A stretch of DNA of 63,995 nucleotides, filler included, from Reticulomyxa filosa (lineage: Eukaryota; Protista; Foraminifera): NCBI GenBank assembly GCA_000512085.1. It is 23 parts of 23 records of this genome, joined end to end, with 100 filler letters (N's around TTAATTAATTAA, not from the genome) between each part and the next. Parts side by side here need not be neighbours in the genome. Positions count along the whole stretch, not along the records: positions 33,759 to 37,734 come from ASPP01006302.1; positions 37,835 to 40,143 come from ASPP01028854.1; positions 40,244 to 47,637 come from ASPP01020677.1; positions 47,738 to 49,110 come from ASPP01028114.1; positions 49,211 to 51,405 come from ASPP01000643.1; 18 more parts are not named here. One strand, given 5' to 3'. The notes under the pieces were generated by a model. The model did no database searches and was not told where the DNA came from. It saw nothing but the letters and a program-made list of their open reading frames with translations. Positions within the stretch are counted from its first letter, which is position 1. Every line of letters starts with the position of its first letter. A program made the translations under genes and the position numbers. Shown piece by piece: positions 35,599 to 50,199 of the stretch.

Positions 35599-38500
35599 CA
35601 CTTTTAAACAATGACAATGACATAATGATATTATTATCAACTACGTTTTTTTTTTTTTTTTTTTTTTTCAGACGAATGTACTCACATACATACACCTTCT
35701 TATGCTATTGGCATGTATATAATTTTTTTTGTTGGGGTCATAGCTCGAAAGGAAATTTGAAAATTTCCGTAAACTATTAGAAAATTTCATGGATGACTGT
35801 GAAAGAATGCATGATCAACTGTTACAAGAATGCGATAATCAAAATCAACAAAATTACTAAATGAAAACACTATCACACCGAACAAACGAAAATTCAACGT
35901 CATTGTCATCTCTTGTGTGCACCAAAAATTGATTGCAATTTTTTTGTTTGTTTTGTTTTGTCTTGTATTTTGTTTTTGTTTTTGTTTTTGTTTTGTGTTT
36001 CAGTGTTTTGTTTTCAGATGTCAAAAATGTGTGAAATTGACATTCTTGTCCGGCATTTGGATTCACAAACACCAAGCCTTTTTATGATTGACTTGCTATC
36101 CTTTGGTTGTTGTAAGCATATGATTTGTAATGTCTTTTTCACAGAAAGCTTTTGTTAAAGTGTTGAACTTGACTGTCCAATGTTGACAGGTTGCTGAACA
36201 GTTATAAATAAGAATATATTGGTTCCACTGCAAGAAAAAACAATTTCAAAACAAGATAAAATTAAAGTTGCTAAACAGTGTTTCGTTCAAACTTTGAACG
36301 TCTTAATATGCAGTATTGACTGTGCTCCTGAAAGCTGTAAACATGTTTCAATAGTGTCAAGTTTGTATTTATATTTTAGACCGTTCAGACAAATTTTTCT
36401 TATAAAGAAATTGACATTTTGTCGCAATACCCCACAAACGCAAGGAAAAATGACTTTTAGAAAATTGGAAGATTAATTAATGAAAAGACAGCCCACAAGA
36501 TCTGATGTATTTCTAGTATAGCATATTGTTCAAAAGCGGAATATAGTGCTAATTCTACGAATTCACTTTTATAAAATTGTTTTGTAATTCATAGCACTAG
36601 CGAGAGCAGCGAATAAAAGAGTGACTTCAGCAAAAACTTATTACAAAATTTACTATTGGTTATTTTAATTTTTAGTGTGGCCGACACTAACACAAACTGA
36701 TCAAAAAAATTCACTATGCACATTAGAGCCCAAACACGAAGAACAACGAACACACAAACGAAGGAAATTACAAAATAAGATTTGATTCCACTGAAATAAT
36801 AGTAAATGATATTTGTTTATTTATAAAAAGTGTGTTGCATGTGATGATGTTGGGGGGTATAATTAAATTTCAAGATTGTGATTATTAGGCGAAAATACGC
36901 CCAATTATTGCCCAAGTCAAGGGCATTCTATTCATATAATTTTTATTTTTTTTAAAATAATAATAATTTTTGTCTAAAGAAAAATATTAACAGTTATGAC
37001 CTATTTATGTAACATGAATCACACTTTTTTTAAATCTTTACAAAATTGATGTTTGGTTTTATGACAACGTATTTTGAATGAATCGTTTGGTTGTTAGACG
37101 AAAAAAAGTATTAAACAATTTCTAATAAAAAAGCAAGTCATCAGTGTATTTTTCAATATCATCGCCAAGATATCACTATGTCAATGTAAGTGATCGATGA
37201 TCGATATTACATTATTTCAGTAGATGATCGTTTTGCATACTTGTGATTTGAGTGTTGAATGAAAATATGAACAGAGCGGACAAGTAATAAAAAATTGTTT
37301 ATTCATCAATGCAGAAGTATAAGACATTTAATATTCATCTATTTTGTGTGCACTGTCTGAACAAAAATTCGGAAAAAAAATGTATTATCATTCTTTTCAA
37401 TTTATATTGTTCATCTTGACAAAATGTTGTCAAGAAGCTATAAACTGTCACAAAAAGACTTTATTTTTTATGTTTGTGCTTGACATTATGTGAACATTCG
37501 AATGATTTGTTAAGCAGACAATGAAAGATTTTGACATTAAGATCGTGACAACTATTGATTGACTTATGGATAATTTATCTCAAGAAGAGAAGAAAAAAAA
37601 TTAATATAATATAAATATTAATCCTATTTATTTGGCTTTACTGTATCCTAAGGACTCCGCAACAACGTCCATTGAGTTTTTTTAGTCTTACTCTTGCTCT
37701 TGTATTGTCACAAATACTCGAATTATAATCTCTGNNNNNNNNNNNNNNNNNNNNNNNNNNNNNNNNNNNNNNNNNNNNTTAATTAATTAANNNNNNNNNN
37801 NNNNNNNNNNNNNNNNNNNNNNNNNNNNNNNNNNAAACATGTCGTAAATGTCTTTGCTGCTTCTTTTTCTTGAAGACCTGGATTACAATGTCTTCTTTTT
37901 AGCAAGCGTACTACATGTAATCGAAAAGTGAATTCAGATCTAGAAACGAAATGCGTATAGTTGTTCATGAAAGGACAAGTAAATATATACGTAATAGATT
38001 ATATAATAACGGAATATGAATACAATGAGCAGAACATACAAATAATGAAATATACTAGCGACTCAATAGCACATACAAAACAATGAAGAATGTAATATAT
38101 TACAATATGTACCATGCTATTAGCACAATGGAATAAGCAAATAAAAATATAAGCATATAAGCAAAAGATACAAAGCTAGATATCGTGCAGTTTAATAGTG
38201 TATGATGTATATTGAATAAGTAAGCCTATAAAGAGTTCAATAACTCAATTTTTGCAGCCAACTGATTCGATAGGCAAAAAACTTCACAAGCTAAACTAGT
38301 GACATAATCTGGTCCATAGATGTGTATTTTATGTTAATGTCTTTTTTTTTGCAATTTGTACTGATAACTGATAACTCCAAAACTTTTATCTAATGATATC
38401 CACCAATTGCACATATGCAAGTTAAGTATCTTTGGGGATTTCAGAAACTTTAAATTGGATTTTTAAGACTGTTGAAAGTACTACACTATCTAGTTTATTT

Positions 38501-40243
38501 TTTGAAAGGTTAAGTTTTTCGTAGTAAAAAAAAAAACTACTGAAAAATCATCGTGGTAATATCTCTTTTCTGTTCATTATTTTTTTTTCCCTAAAAAAAA
38601 AGTTGTATTGTACATGATGTAGACATTAGAAGAAAACACAAACAGAGAACAATCTGCAAGCGAGACATTGAACGTTCAAACGGGCGGCTCGAGATTATCG
38701 AACGAACTGTTTTACAAGACAGTGACAAAACGAAGTGATGTGATGCACGAATTGTTGGATGATGTGATATCGCGCAACAATAACTTTTTGTTCAGTTTGC
38801 AGAAGCTGAATGACTCACTTGTTAGTTAAAAACAAAACAAACAACCATTATCATTTTCTTCTTTGATAATTCGATCATTTGTTCGTGATCTTGCTTGACA
38901 GAAACTGGAGCTAATAAAGACAACACGAAGAAGCACGATAAGAGTGACAACTACCAGTCACCATTTTTGCAAAACGTAGGCAGTTCGTGAGCAATTTGGC
39001 ATATCTCTACGCGTTCCATAGCTAGTTTGTGATGTCTCAAATCGGCACTTGCTGAAATGCTGCAATGATATCATCGAATGTCGTGTGTACGTGTACAGCA
39101 CTAAATTTGGCAAGCAAGTATTTCAAGCCGGAATGAACAAGTTAACGTTGTCGATTAATGACTCTGCCAAGAGTAGTTCCACATTGACCTTGTTTTATTA
39201 CAAAGGCTATACAATCCCCATTCAGAAATGCTGTCAAGTTTGATGAACAGACTCGACCATATTACGCTCAAGCCTTCCACAAACTTTGGTATGCGGTGAA
39301 TATACATGTGAGTATAAAAACAACTTTGTAATTTGTTTACAAAATAAATAAAATTGTATGTATCACGTTATAAATGAATAAAAAAAAAAGCTGTCGACGT
39401 GGTGCAATTCAACACCATATTCGAAAACAACAAAGGTAAGTGGTATCAAGTGTACACCATGTCGTTTGTCAAGTTTTTGCCACTCCACATTGACGAAGTA
39501 TGTGTGGTCGATGTCACCACTTTGCAAACATTGTTCGATGCAAATTACAATATCAACCAGTACCACCTGATTTGAAACTCGCGCCGCACAGTATTGGCGA
39601 TATGTCCCAGCCAGATGTGAACGTCAAACAAAGAACGTGCTCGGCAATCATCAAGTTAACGTCCGAATAAATCTCCTCCATGGCCGAGGGAATGTTCGTA
39701 AATTTGTAGAACAACTACTTTTATCGCAAGATACAATAGTTTGTTTGTCTGTAGCAGCCCGAAAACATAGCACTCTTAGGACAACCGGATAGCGTGTCGC
39801 AACGGTCGCGGAGATTGCAAACACTGCCGACTTGAGCTCAATACAGTCGTCGAGATATCCGCAGTTTACGCGCAACAATGTAACCGTTGAAACAGACTAC
39901 CAATGTGACCTTGAACATATGCGGAAACAGATATAGATAGCATATTTGAATAGGAAATGCACGAAGACGAAGAAGAATGTAAACACATTGCTGGACGTCT
40001 TGTCAATGCGACTGACGAAAGCAAGTTATTTTCAATAAGGTGCACAAGCTTTGAAACGACACCACTTCGAAATATACTTAATACAATGTTACTGCTGTCG
40101 CCACAAATATACAAATCTCTTTCACATGAGTCCAAACTTCCACNNNNNNNNNNNNNNNNNNNNNNNNNNNNNNNNNNNNNNNNNNNNTTAATTAATTAAN
40201 NNNNNNNNNNNNNNNNNNNNNNNNNNNNNNNNNNNNNNNNNNN

Positions 40244-43200
40244 AACACACACACACACACATAAATAAACAAATAAATGAATAATGACAATGATAGAATC
40301 TTAACAATTTATTACATTTGGCACTTCACAATCCGGCTACAGACGGGGCATCACGACTACGACTAATGCAAGACATGATGGACAATCCCGAACTGTTTTC
40401 GAGTCTGCTGCGGTCCAAAAACAAAGTTTGCTTTTGTGCTTGCTTTTACTTTGTTTCCCTTTGTTTTCATTTTGTTTGGAATGCAAATCATTTCAAAGGT
40501 CGGACAAACGCCCTTGCTGTATGCATGCTATGTCCAAGAGCATGTTGAAACTGACGTATTCAATATGTTATTGCCAATGGAAGCCAAAACAGACGAAGAG
40601 AAATTAGAGGTTTTCGAACAAATCGACTTTGTTCAGTTTTTGTTTTTTTTAATCTTCTCTTCTAACTTTGCCAAATCTTGATGGAAATGGGATAATACAT
40701 AAATAAATGATTGTTCAGAATGGGAATACAATGTTGCATTTGACAATTCAAAATCAAAATTCAAATTATATAACCCGATTGCGAACATTGCAGACATTGA
40801 TCCCAGCAGATTGCTATCAACGATTGCTTGCAACAAAAAACAAGGTGTGTCAGACAGTGCAATCTCTGTAAAAAAAAAAAAAAAAAAACAAGCTTGCGAG
40901 GACATAGAATGCAATGAAATAAATATGCAGAATAATTGCACGCCTTTAATGGAAGCATTTGCCAATCAAGAACAAACTTTTTTTTTGCTGATGAGCGTAT
41001 TGTTGCCCTCTGCGTTGCAAAATGACAGCGAATTTTGGAAAACAAAAAACAAGGTACGTATAATTTTTTATTTATTTTTTTTTTTTTTTTGTATAGTCTT
41101 TTTTTGGTTGTTAATTCTTTTTTTTTAAAAAAATAAAAGGATGGCGATTCTATTCTGGCATTAGCCGTGAGAAATCCAAAACCTCAATGTATTTCACGGT
41201 TAGAAACTTTGGATCGATACATGCCTGCTGATATAATGTCCTCAATTCGGGTATTTCAAAAACAATTTTTTTTTTTTTTTTTTTTTGCAATGTATACGAG
41301 GGCGGTCTGACCATGTCGTTTGTCTGACGCTGCTGAAAACCAATCAAGTCACAATCGCTGTTGCTGATGTACGCGTGTCAATACCGAGATGACTTTGACG
41401 AAAAGCTACTCAAGTTTCTGGTACCGAAACAATCAGAAATCAAATCCGGTTTTTGGCAGTGCAGACATCCAAAAACTGGAAACAATCTGCTGCACTTGGC
41501 CATTCAAAATCATCATCCCCATTGCCTCAAGCGTTTGCAAGTGTTAAAGCATGCAATGCTGGGACAATTTGAAGAATTGGTTTTGGCCATCAATGAAGTT
41601 TTTTATTTTTTTATTTTTATTGTCGCAAACAAAACATAATTGCAATTGAGTATGTCAATCTCTCATTCGTTATAGGAGAACCAAACACCATTAATGTATG
41701 CGTACAGTACAATATCGGAACCCATTAACGAGGAATTGGTTGATATGTTGTCGCCTAAACCCCAGATGACCAATTTTGGGAAGCTAGAGATACGGTTCAT
41801 TATTACATATTTCATGCATATAATAAATATATATGTATATATATATATATACATATATGTATATATATTACTTGTTTGCCTTTATGTTGCTATTGTTATT
41901 GTGATGGTGATAGAGAGGTCGCACGTTGATCGAATCAGCATTGCACAATCCAAAAGGGGACATTGTCGAACGCCTTAAAATGCTTAAAAAAAAGATGGCG
42001 AAAAACAGCTTCCAATCGATTATTGTATGTGTCTGTTTCTTTTTTGTTTGTTTGTTTGTTTGCTTGCTTGCTAGCGATAAGAGACAACGACAATTCCTTT
42101 CTTTATACAGGTTCAAAAGAAACCATTGATTTATGCCTTCTTTATGCAAGCTGAAGTGCGAGATGAATTGGTTCGCATGTTGATTCCTCGAGGGAAAAAA
42201 ACCGACCCTACCACGTACTGGGACGTCAAGGATAAAGTGAGTAAGATGGCCTGGTTGCCATTTGCACAACAAAACAAAAATGCCGAGAGAGAGAAGGAGT
42301 GAAACAAACTAAATTAATATTAACCCCTTTCTTCTTTGAGTTTAAGTTTGGGTTTGTGTGTTTGAAAATGAAATTGAATTTGTCAATGCGTGGATTTGAT
42401 AGAAAGGACATTGTCTCTTGCATTTGGCCATACTCAATGAACAACCACATTTTGCATCGCGAATTAACGCTCTCAAGAAATTTGCACCAAAAAAGAGCTT
42501 TGATAAAATGATTACGACAAAAGACACAGTTAATTAATACATGCACACACACACACACGCACAAATATAAAATCAAATACTTTTCAAAGAAATTGTGTCA
42601 AATGGATATGATCCTATGCGGTTTTGTTTTGTATCTTGTGTTTTGTATTTTTCAAATTTTCAAACGAAATTGTTTGCAACGTCGTGGAAATAACGCCTTG
42701 GCTCTATTTCAGAACGGCTGGATTCCACTGATGTATTTGTTTTATTTTCAACACAGAATAGACGACGACACGATTGAATTACTGTTACCAGACTCTGTGA
42801 AAGCAGAGAATGACCCATCTTTTTGGGAATTGACTGACAAAGTTTGTTTGTTTGTTTTTGATTTAAATAAAACAAATGAAATAGATAATATATGTTATAT
42901 ACATATACATATATATGTGTATATATATATATATATAACATATATAATGTATTACAATACGTTGTGTAAATACAGAGTGGTAATTCTTTATTGCAATTTT
43001 CCATTCAAAACGATAAACCGTATTTTGAATATCGTTTGGAATTATTGAAAAAATGGATGCCCCACGAGTCATATCAAAAGCTGATTCGATCCAAAGATGA
43101 TGTTACGTTGCACTTCCCTTTGTTGTTTGTCTGTTGATTTGTTAAATCGAATGGCTGTGTGCGATTAGGATGCAAGAACACCACTGATGTGCGCTTTTTA

Positions 43201-44491
43201 TTTTCAACAAGAGATTTCTGACGACGCTGTGGAACTGCTGTTGCCTGAAGAACACAAAACCGATCCTGCATTTTGGGAAATGAAAACAAAGGTTTTATAT
43301 TTTTTTTTTAAAAAAATACAATCTAAAAATAAAAAAATAAAAAATAAAAAAATACGTATATCTATGTTGCAATTTTTAGAGTGGCAATTCCATGATTATG
43401 TTAGCTATACGTAATGAGCATCCAAACTGTGCACAACGATTGGAAATACTACGTCGACACATGCCATCAAAGTCTTACCAGAAATTGATTTCAGCCAAAG
43501 ATGAGGTACCATTTACGATTCATTGTTTGTATATTTGTTTATTTGATTGCACGTTGGAGCTATATTTGATTTTGCAATGCGTTGTGTATGTATGTGTGTG
43601 TGTGTGTGATGTGTACATGATGAATGTCGGAACAAATAGGAAGGCTGTGGACCTTTGATGTGTGCTTTCCATGACAAAGAAACAGTAAGTGGAGAATTGA
43701 TGGAACTACTAATTCCGGAGCAGTCGCGGTATGATTCCTCATTTTGGGAAATGAAAGACAAAAGAGGAGGCTCTTTGTTGTTATATGCAATTTGGAACTC
43801 AAGACATTACTGCACCGCAAGGCTTAAAATGTTGAAGCGATATATGCCGGAAGAGTCATTCCAAAAGCTTGTCGTTTTGTTACTACTTTTTTGTGCTTGT
43901 CATTTCTTATCAATATTCGATTCATTTTTCAAAACAAATACCAAACAAAAAAACAAAACAGCAAGAGAGAAAGCCGTTGTTATACGCTTTCTACTTTCAA
44001 GAGAGAATTGAAGACGAATTGATAAGAATGTTGATCCCAGCTGACCTTGAAAACCATTCCATTTTTTGGAAGGGAAAAGACCAGGTTTTGTGTGTGTGTG
44101 TGTATATATTTGAATAACTGGAAGGTTTGAATATACGCTTGCACAATCACCAAAATATATGGAACAAATACTCAGAATCGCAACTCGTTGATCCAAATTG
44201 CGATTCTGAATCGACATCCCGGGCCTCTTCAACGGTTAGTAATGTTGAAGAAGCATATGCTTTCAGAGTGCTGGGCAGAATTGCTACCGAACAAAAATAT
44301 AGTTTAGTCCCCGTTTTTTATTCTTCATTTCCTATCTTTTCCACTCTATATCCAATCCACATTGCTCTTTTGTTTTGCTTTGTTCTGGATCCAAAAAGGA
44401 TGGAGAAGACGCGTGGGTATTGGCAATAAAAAAGTTTGCTGAAGACCAAAATGCTGCAAAAGAGATAATTAACTTTTTGGAGAAAAGTTGA
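40244..44491 (+). CDS. Divergent ankyrin-like repeat protein, ~20 exons, 5'-truncated
   Basis: Repeated units GNNLLHLAI.N.HP.C..RL..L and G.TPLMYAF..Q..I.D..V.LL.P......FWE.KDK. Last exon DGEDAWVLAIKKF...NFLEKS*. Confidence 0.85.
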
Positions 44492-45872
44492 ACGAACAAA
44501 CAGACAAAAAAAAAACAGAAATTATTTTCTGTTTTTTTTTTTTTACTTTTATTTATTTATATCCTCTCCTCCCCTTTGTCTCCGTTTTTCGGATGATTTG
44601 TTTCCGTTGCAAAATTATTGAATAATGAAATCATAAATAACAAAGTAACAATAATACCTTGAATCCCAGTAACAAAACAAAAACAAAAAAAAACGACAAA
44701 AAAAAAAAAGGTTGTAAATAAGATATATTAACCACAGCTATAAAAAAAAAGTGCAGAAGATGCGTTTCTAATACATCTCTGGCTGTTTTTTTTTCTTCAT
44801 CCATTGGAATGAATTAGAGTGCAATTTTTGTGCATTTCATCTTTTTTCTTTTTCCCCCTGCTACTTTACTTTTTTTGAATAAAAAACCTTGTCAAAAAGT
44901 GCCAATCTCTTTTTATTTTTGTAGTGTTCTTTTTTTATTATTTTATTTGGTTTTCGTCTTTTGTTGGGTTTGTCAATTTTTTTGTTATTACTTGCTTGGT
45001 TTCAGTCATTTTTCTGTCGATTGTTCTTTAGTGTGCATTTGTTTGATAGTTTGTTTTTTGTTATTTTCTGTTTGTTGTTTTGTTTGCTTTGTTTGTTTTT
45101 TTTCCCCAACAAAAATGGGAAAGCCTACAAACGCTTTTGTTTTTGTTTTGTTTTGGCTTGTGTTTATCGTGCCCAATTTGTGTTGCACAATTTTGGTTGC
45201 ACGTTTGCATACGAGATTAAACCGATTTGTAGGCATTGATTGCACATTTTGGTTTTTGTATTTTTTGCGTTTGTTTTTTTGTTTTTCATTTTTTGTTTGT
45301 TTGATTCGGTTTTTATCTCACAAGGCAGTGTGTTGTATTCCAAGTCCACTCTCTCCTCTCTGATTTTGTTATTTGCTTTGTTTGGTTTTTATATTTGCGT
45401 TCAATTATATTTTTGTTTCGTTCCTTTTTTCGTCCCTCCTTTTGCCAACCAATTTGACCCACCCTAGCCATTTTTGGTGTATTTTCAAGCACAAAATCTT
45501 GACGTTGTTCCTCTCATTAAAATTATTAAATCCTGTTTTCTATGTCATGTTTGGGAGTTGTTTCTATTATGATAAAGAAAAAGATGTTTCTTTTCGTTTG
45601 CGGTGTGTTTCATTGCCAGTCATATGGATCTATTTATAGATGGTTAAACTCTGAGATAAAAGTGCCAAGTTGTAAAGTAAGGTTTGGTCTAGTTCTTGTT
45701 GACCACTTAAAAATTAGAACAAAGTTAAATTGCTGGTTTTTTTACCAAAAAAGTAAATATTTATTCAATTACATTTGTATACAGTTGGATTTCTATATTT
45801 TTATTTGTTTTTTGGATAGTTTGCAAAATGAAATAGGAAAATGAAGATTAAAAAAAGTAATCATCGAAAGAT

Positions 45873-46682
45873 CTATCCCAGAATTGTCCTTTTTCTATAA
45901 ATACAACAAAATTTTTCTCCTCCTTTCTCAGTGACTCGTTTTGCTTCATTTGTTTTGTTCATAATTAAATCAACTTCTGCCCATTTTGAAAACTCAGTCG
46001 GCAAAACTTCTTCAAACAGCATTTTTTTGTTTTCAAATTGCTGTCGAGTCCACTCGTACAAATCTTTGACGTCTGTGATGTTATAAATTATCCCACCTTC
46101 TTTGAGAACGTAGGCGTAATAATCCAATAAATGTTCTGTGATAATTCTTCTGCGAACATTTGCTTTTTTGAAATGAGGATCAGGAAAACAAAAAAACAGC
46201 GCTTCTAAGGAGCCCTTTTCAAAAAAATAACATAAATATTTCATTGCATTTGTATGAATCACACTGACGTTATTATAAGTTTTTTTGTCTGCCATTATTG
46301 ATTTTTGCACTATTTCTACCACTTTATCCCGGATTTCCATACCTATTTTCATCAAAGTACGATTTGTCCAAGTTATTTACTCTCTTTTAAAAAAGAATTT
46401 AATGGTCGTACCAACGCCGAGTTTATTCGGCCACAATTTGGAAAGTTCTAATAGTAAACCACCAAATCCACAGCCAACATCAACATAGACAACATGTTTT
46501 GTTGATTTGGTGATGCTCTCGTCTTCTTTGCCTGGTTCAGGAAAATGTCCTGGAAAATGTTTGTGCCAATTCATTTGACTCGGAGCAAGTGGCAATTCGT
46601 AGAACCGATCACTTAAAGGATTGACATGTGCATGCAATCTTGTCGTTTTTTTTGACCCATTAGTTCGAATGGATTTTCGCAT
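45873..46682 (-). CDS. TRM8: tRNA (guanine-N7)-methyltransferase catalytic subunit
   Basis: RLHAHVNPLSD, VDVGCGFGGLL, GMEIRDKV, NAMKYL and FFCFPDPHFKK match METTL1/Trm8. One intron at ~46356-46409. Confidence 0.96.
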
Positions 46683-47034
46683 AATGCTGAAACTTGTCCA
46701 AAACAATTTTTTTTTTCCAAGGTTTCCCTATTTCTCAGACTTGTTGTGTCTCAATTTCAGAAAATAGAATTACTATTTCTTTTAAGGTTAATTCACGTTA
46801 CGACCTGACGTCAATCAGAACATGTAGAACATAAATAACTATTTCCTTCAGCACGTTATCATACAAAATGTGGATACTTTTGGAACCCAGAGCCTCGCTT
46901 TAAAGTGTACAGCTTGATGTAAAAATTCACTTTTTCGCTCTTCAAAAGATAGTTTTTCTCCTCAAAACATATCCCAGGACGTGGAGGGTAGTGTCTGCCT
47001 CTAAAAAATTTAAAAACTGACAATAGCAATAGTA

Positions 47035-47550
47035 ATGGATGATACAATCAAATGTGAAAATCTTGATAGCACAGCAAATAATCCAACATTTTCAGACCTT
47101 GAGATGTATGCACTATTGAAAACGTTTGAAACCCTAAGTCAATTTAAGAAGGAAGAGACAGCGGAGGAAGGGACAACGAAGGAAGGGACAACAGAGGAAG
47201 GAACAACGAAGGAAGGAACAACGAAGGAAGGGACAGCGGAGGAAAAGACAGCGGAGGAAAAAAAGGAAATGAAATACTTGACAGAAAATAAAGAAAATGA
47301 TCATCAGGAGATAGCAACAACAAAAGGGGTGTTAGAGGAGATACAAGAATTGGAGCAAAAGATAGAAGAGATAGAAAACGAATATGAAGAATATGAGTGT
47401 CAAGTGATGGCAAAGACGAGAGGGATGTTAAAACAAGTGAAGAGAAGAAAAAGTAAGTTGATACAGGAGATAGAGGAAGTGAAACAAAGCCACAGTAAGC
47501 TATGTCAAGTGCAAGACAATCATTTACGAGAATATCTTCACAATTTATGG
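47035..47550 (+). CDS. Coiled-coil hypothetical protein, first exon
   Basis: ATG at 47035, E/K-rich heptads, and a GTTAG donor at ~47551. Confidence 0.6.
47158..47262 (+). repeat. Coding 15-bp minisatellite, 7 units (T[AT][EK]E[GK])
   Basis: ACAGCGGAGGAAGGG / ACAACGAAGGAAGGG variants in tandem. Confidence 0.85.
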
Positions 47551-48974
47551 GTTAGATTTATTTTGCTTTTTTTTTTTTTTTAATTTCAATTTCTCATTTA
47601 TGTGTATGTATACATATATATGTATATATATATATTTNNNNNNNNNNNNNNNNNNNNNNNNNNNNNNNNNNNNNNNNNNNNTTAATTAATTAANNNNNNN
47701 NNNNNNNNNNNNNNNNNNNNNNNNNNNNNNNNNNNNNTCAAAGGTCCTATTTGTATTTGGGGATAATTCATTTTTGTCCAGTAAGAAATGAAAAGATTTT
47801 TTTAAAAAAGAAAATATGATGAAAATTATATTGAATTTGATTGCAATCATTAAGGAATTTGTTCTTTCATCTTTCTAATTAAAAAAAATACTATCATCTT
47901 AAAATAAAAAAAACAACATATTTTTATTCTTATTTCAAAAATAATAAATATTGAACAATTTTTTCCATCATGCCTTCCTTATTGACATATTACAACAATC
48001 CAGCTTTTTACCATGATGATAAAATAAAAGATGTTGTGTGCTTGAGATTGTTAAATTTTTTAAAAAAAAATAAAAATATTTGGAAATGAGGAAACAAAAT
48101 AATTAGATTTTAAATAGTTGTATAAATTTTAATTTTCTGAAAAAATAAATCGACTTGTTGTTGCATTTCATTAGTAATATTTTTGATCCAAAAAATTTTA
48201 AGTATTTGCTGAAGATAAAGGTTTTCCTCAAACTATAACATAAATTAACAACATTTATGTTTTCTTTCTTTTCCAACACATTCATTATTCCATCATATTT
48301 TTTCAATTTATTTTTAATTTGAAAAAACATTTCAGTTGGAATAAGTTTTATTTTACAATACTTGTTTGCAATTGGAAAAAAATATAATTATATTTCAAAT
48401 TGGGTGAATATTATACTCTCAAATTGAATAAAAAATGTTTATTACAAATACCTCTACTTTTTTCAAAATTAAAAGAAGTACCTTCCATTATTTGATGACT
48501 CTGGACAATTTATCGATAATTGTTATATTCGATTGATTCTTTTGATTCAACGACAATTAAATGATTACGTTATTAATAATTAAAATATTTAAATTTGATC
48601 TATGAAACAAGAAATACAATTGAAAAATAATTGAATCAAATAAATGGAAAGAGATTCTCAATAAGGATTGCTTAACATTTCAATGATAAAGAAATAATTT
48701 TATTTATTATTTAAATCATTCACAAAACAAATATTGACATCAATAAAGTTGTATTTTCGGTGTCTATTTTTGTTGCAAAACTACTGTATTATAAATTTAT
48801 AAATAATATTAAAATCTTTTGTTAAGCATTCATAAAATATTTATTGCATAAATTTGTTAACCTTTTATATATGTATATATTTTTTGAAAATACTTTTAAA
48901 AAAAATTGATAAATTTCATGATTACAAAATAAAACCATATTTAAAAATAGCATGGTTAACAAATATTTTAATTG

Positions 48975-49110
48975 TACCTGATTTCATCTAATATATTTAT
49001 AATAATTTTGTTAAAATCATCGATCCATCCTAATTTTATCTTTAAAGTTCGAACCCAATATTCAATAATATATTTTATTTCATTTTTTGACTGTTCATTA
49101 TTATTTAATA
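48975..49110 (-). pseudogene. Fragment of the lineage-specific 'IKLGWIDDF' gene family
   Basis: YIIEYWVRTLKIKLGWIDDFNKIII is paralogous to the motif at ~51655-51740. The downstream sequence is decayed. Confidence 0.55.
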
Positions 49111-49210
49111 NNNNNNNNNNNNNNNNNNNNNNNNNNNNNNNNNNNNNNNNNNNNTTAATTAATTAANNNNNNNNNNNNNNNNNNNNNNNNNNNNNNNNNN
49201 NNNNNNNNNN

Positions 49211-49690
49211 ATTTATCTGGTCTCCTAAATAATTCAGGCTGTTCAAATTCTGCTCCTACTACTTCATATCCAAGTTCTTCCAATGCATCAACAACTAGAT
49301 GTAATTAACATGCTTGGAATAAGTCATGTGAGAATCAAGAAACAATCCATGATACTTTACACGATCGCATTCTTTCAGATTTGAGCGCTGCAATGTCAAT
49401 TGCGTCTTTGGAAATTTCTTCTTATTTTGATGTCTGAATGTGATGCACTGCGCCTTATCAGCTGCAAGTAGCATCTTTTATTTATTCGACCAAATGGATA
49501 CTTCATCCAGACTTTGCTGCAATGATCGCAATTGATCAATTATTTTATCGATGTCCAAAGTGCCACGTCATCAGCAAACATTCCACATTGAATAGGTTGA
49601 TGAATGACGGTTGGCAAATCATTAATATACAATAGAAATAATATTGGGGATAAAGCAGATCCTTGGGGAACTCCAGTATTGAATTCCACA
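49211..49690 (-). mobile_element. Non-LTR retrotransposon RT fragment
   Basis: VEFNTGVPQGSALSPILFLLYINDLP...MFADDVALW is closely similar to 54390-54745. Confidence 0.9.
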
Positions 49691-50199
49691 CATTTTTGTG
49701 TTTAAAAAAAATTGCAAACATTGCCCAGTTCCATCTAGAGAAAAAAATTTAATTATATCATCAAGGATGATCCAAAAAAAAAAAGCTGAAGAAGTTAAAA
49801 AATGGCAACTGTAGAAACAAAGACAAGTTTTAAACTTCCTTCTAGTTTCAAAAAATCTATTTTATTGATTAGTAATAATGATAGTGGTTGTGCTATTAGT
49901 TTATGTTATGGTTTAGTAAATTAGGTTTGTATTTGGGGATAGTATCTTATTTTGATTGATGTGCTTTGAGGATACCACTACATTTTGTTTTCTTAATAAC
50001 AAGATCTAAATATGTGTGTATTTGGATTGATATTAATTGTGTCCACCCAAATGTTGATTTGAAGTAAATTAGTCCAATAGTAGTTGAAATTGTGCAAATT
50101 AAATATCTTATTCCTTTTTTAGATTTCTTAAAGCTCTAATTCCAACAGAAGAAAGTAATATTTTTTAAAGAAAAATAATCATCACATCATCTAATGTTT

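Noticed and set aside
44830-45640. Phe/Cys/Leu-rich 'membrane protein' ORFs
   Set aside because: Products of T/G-rich low-complexity DNA between convergent genes.
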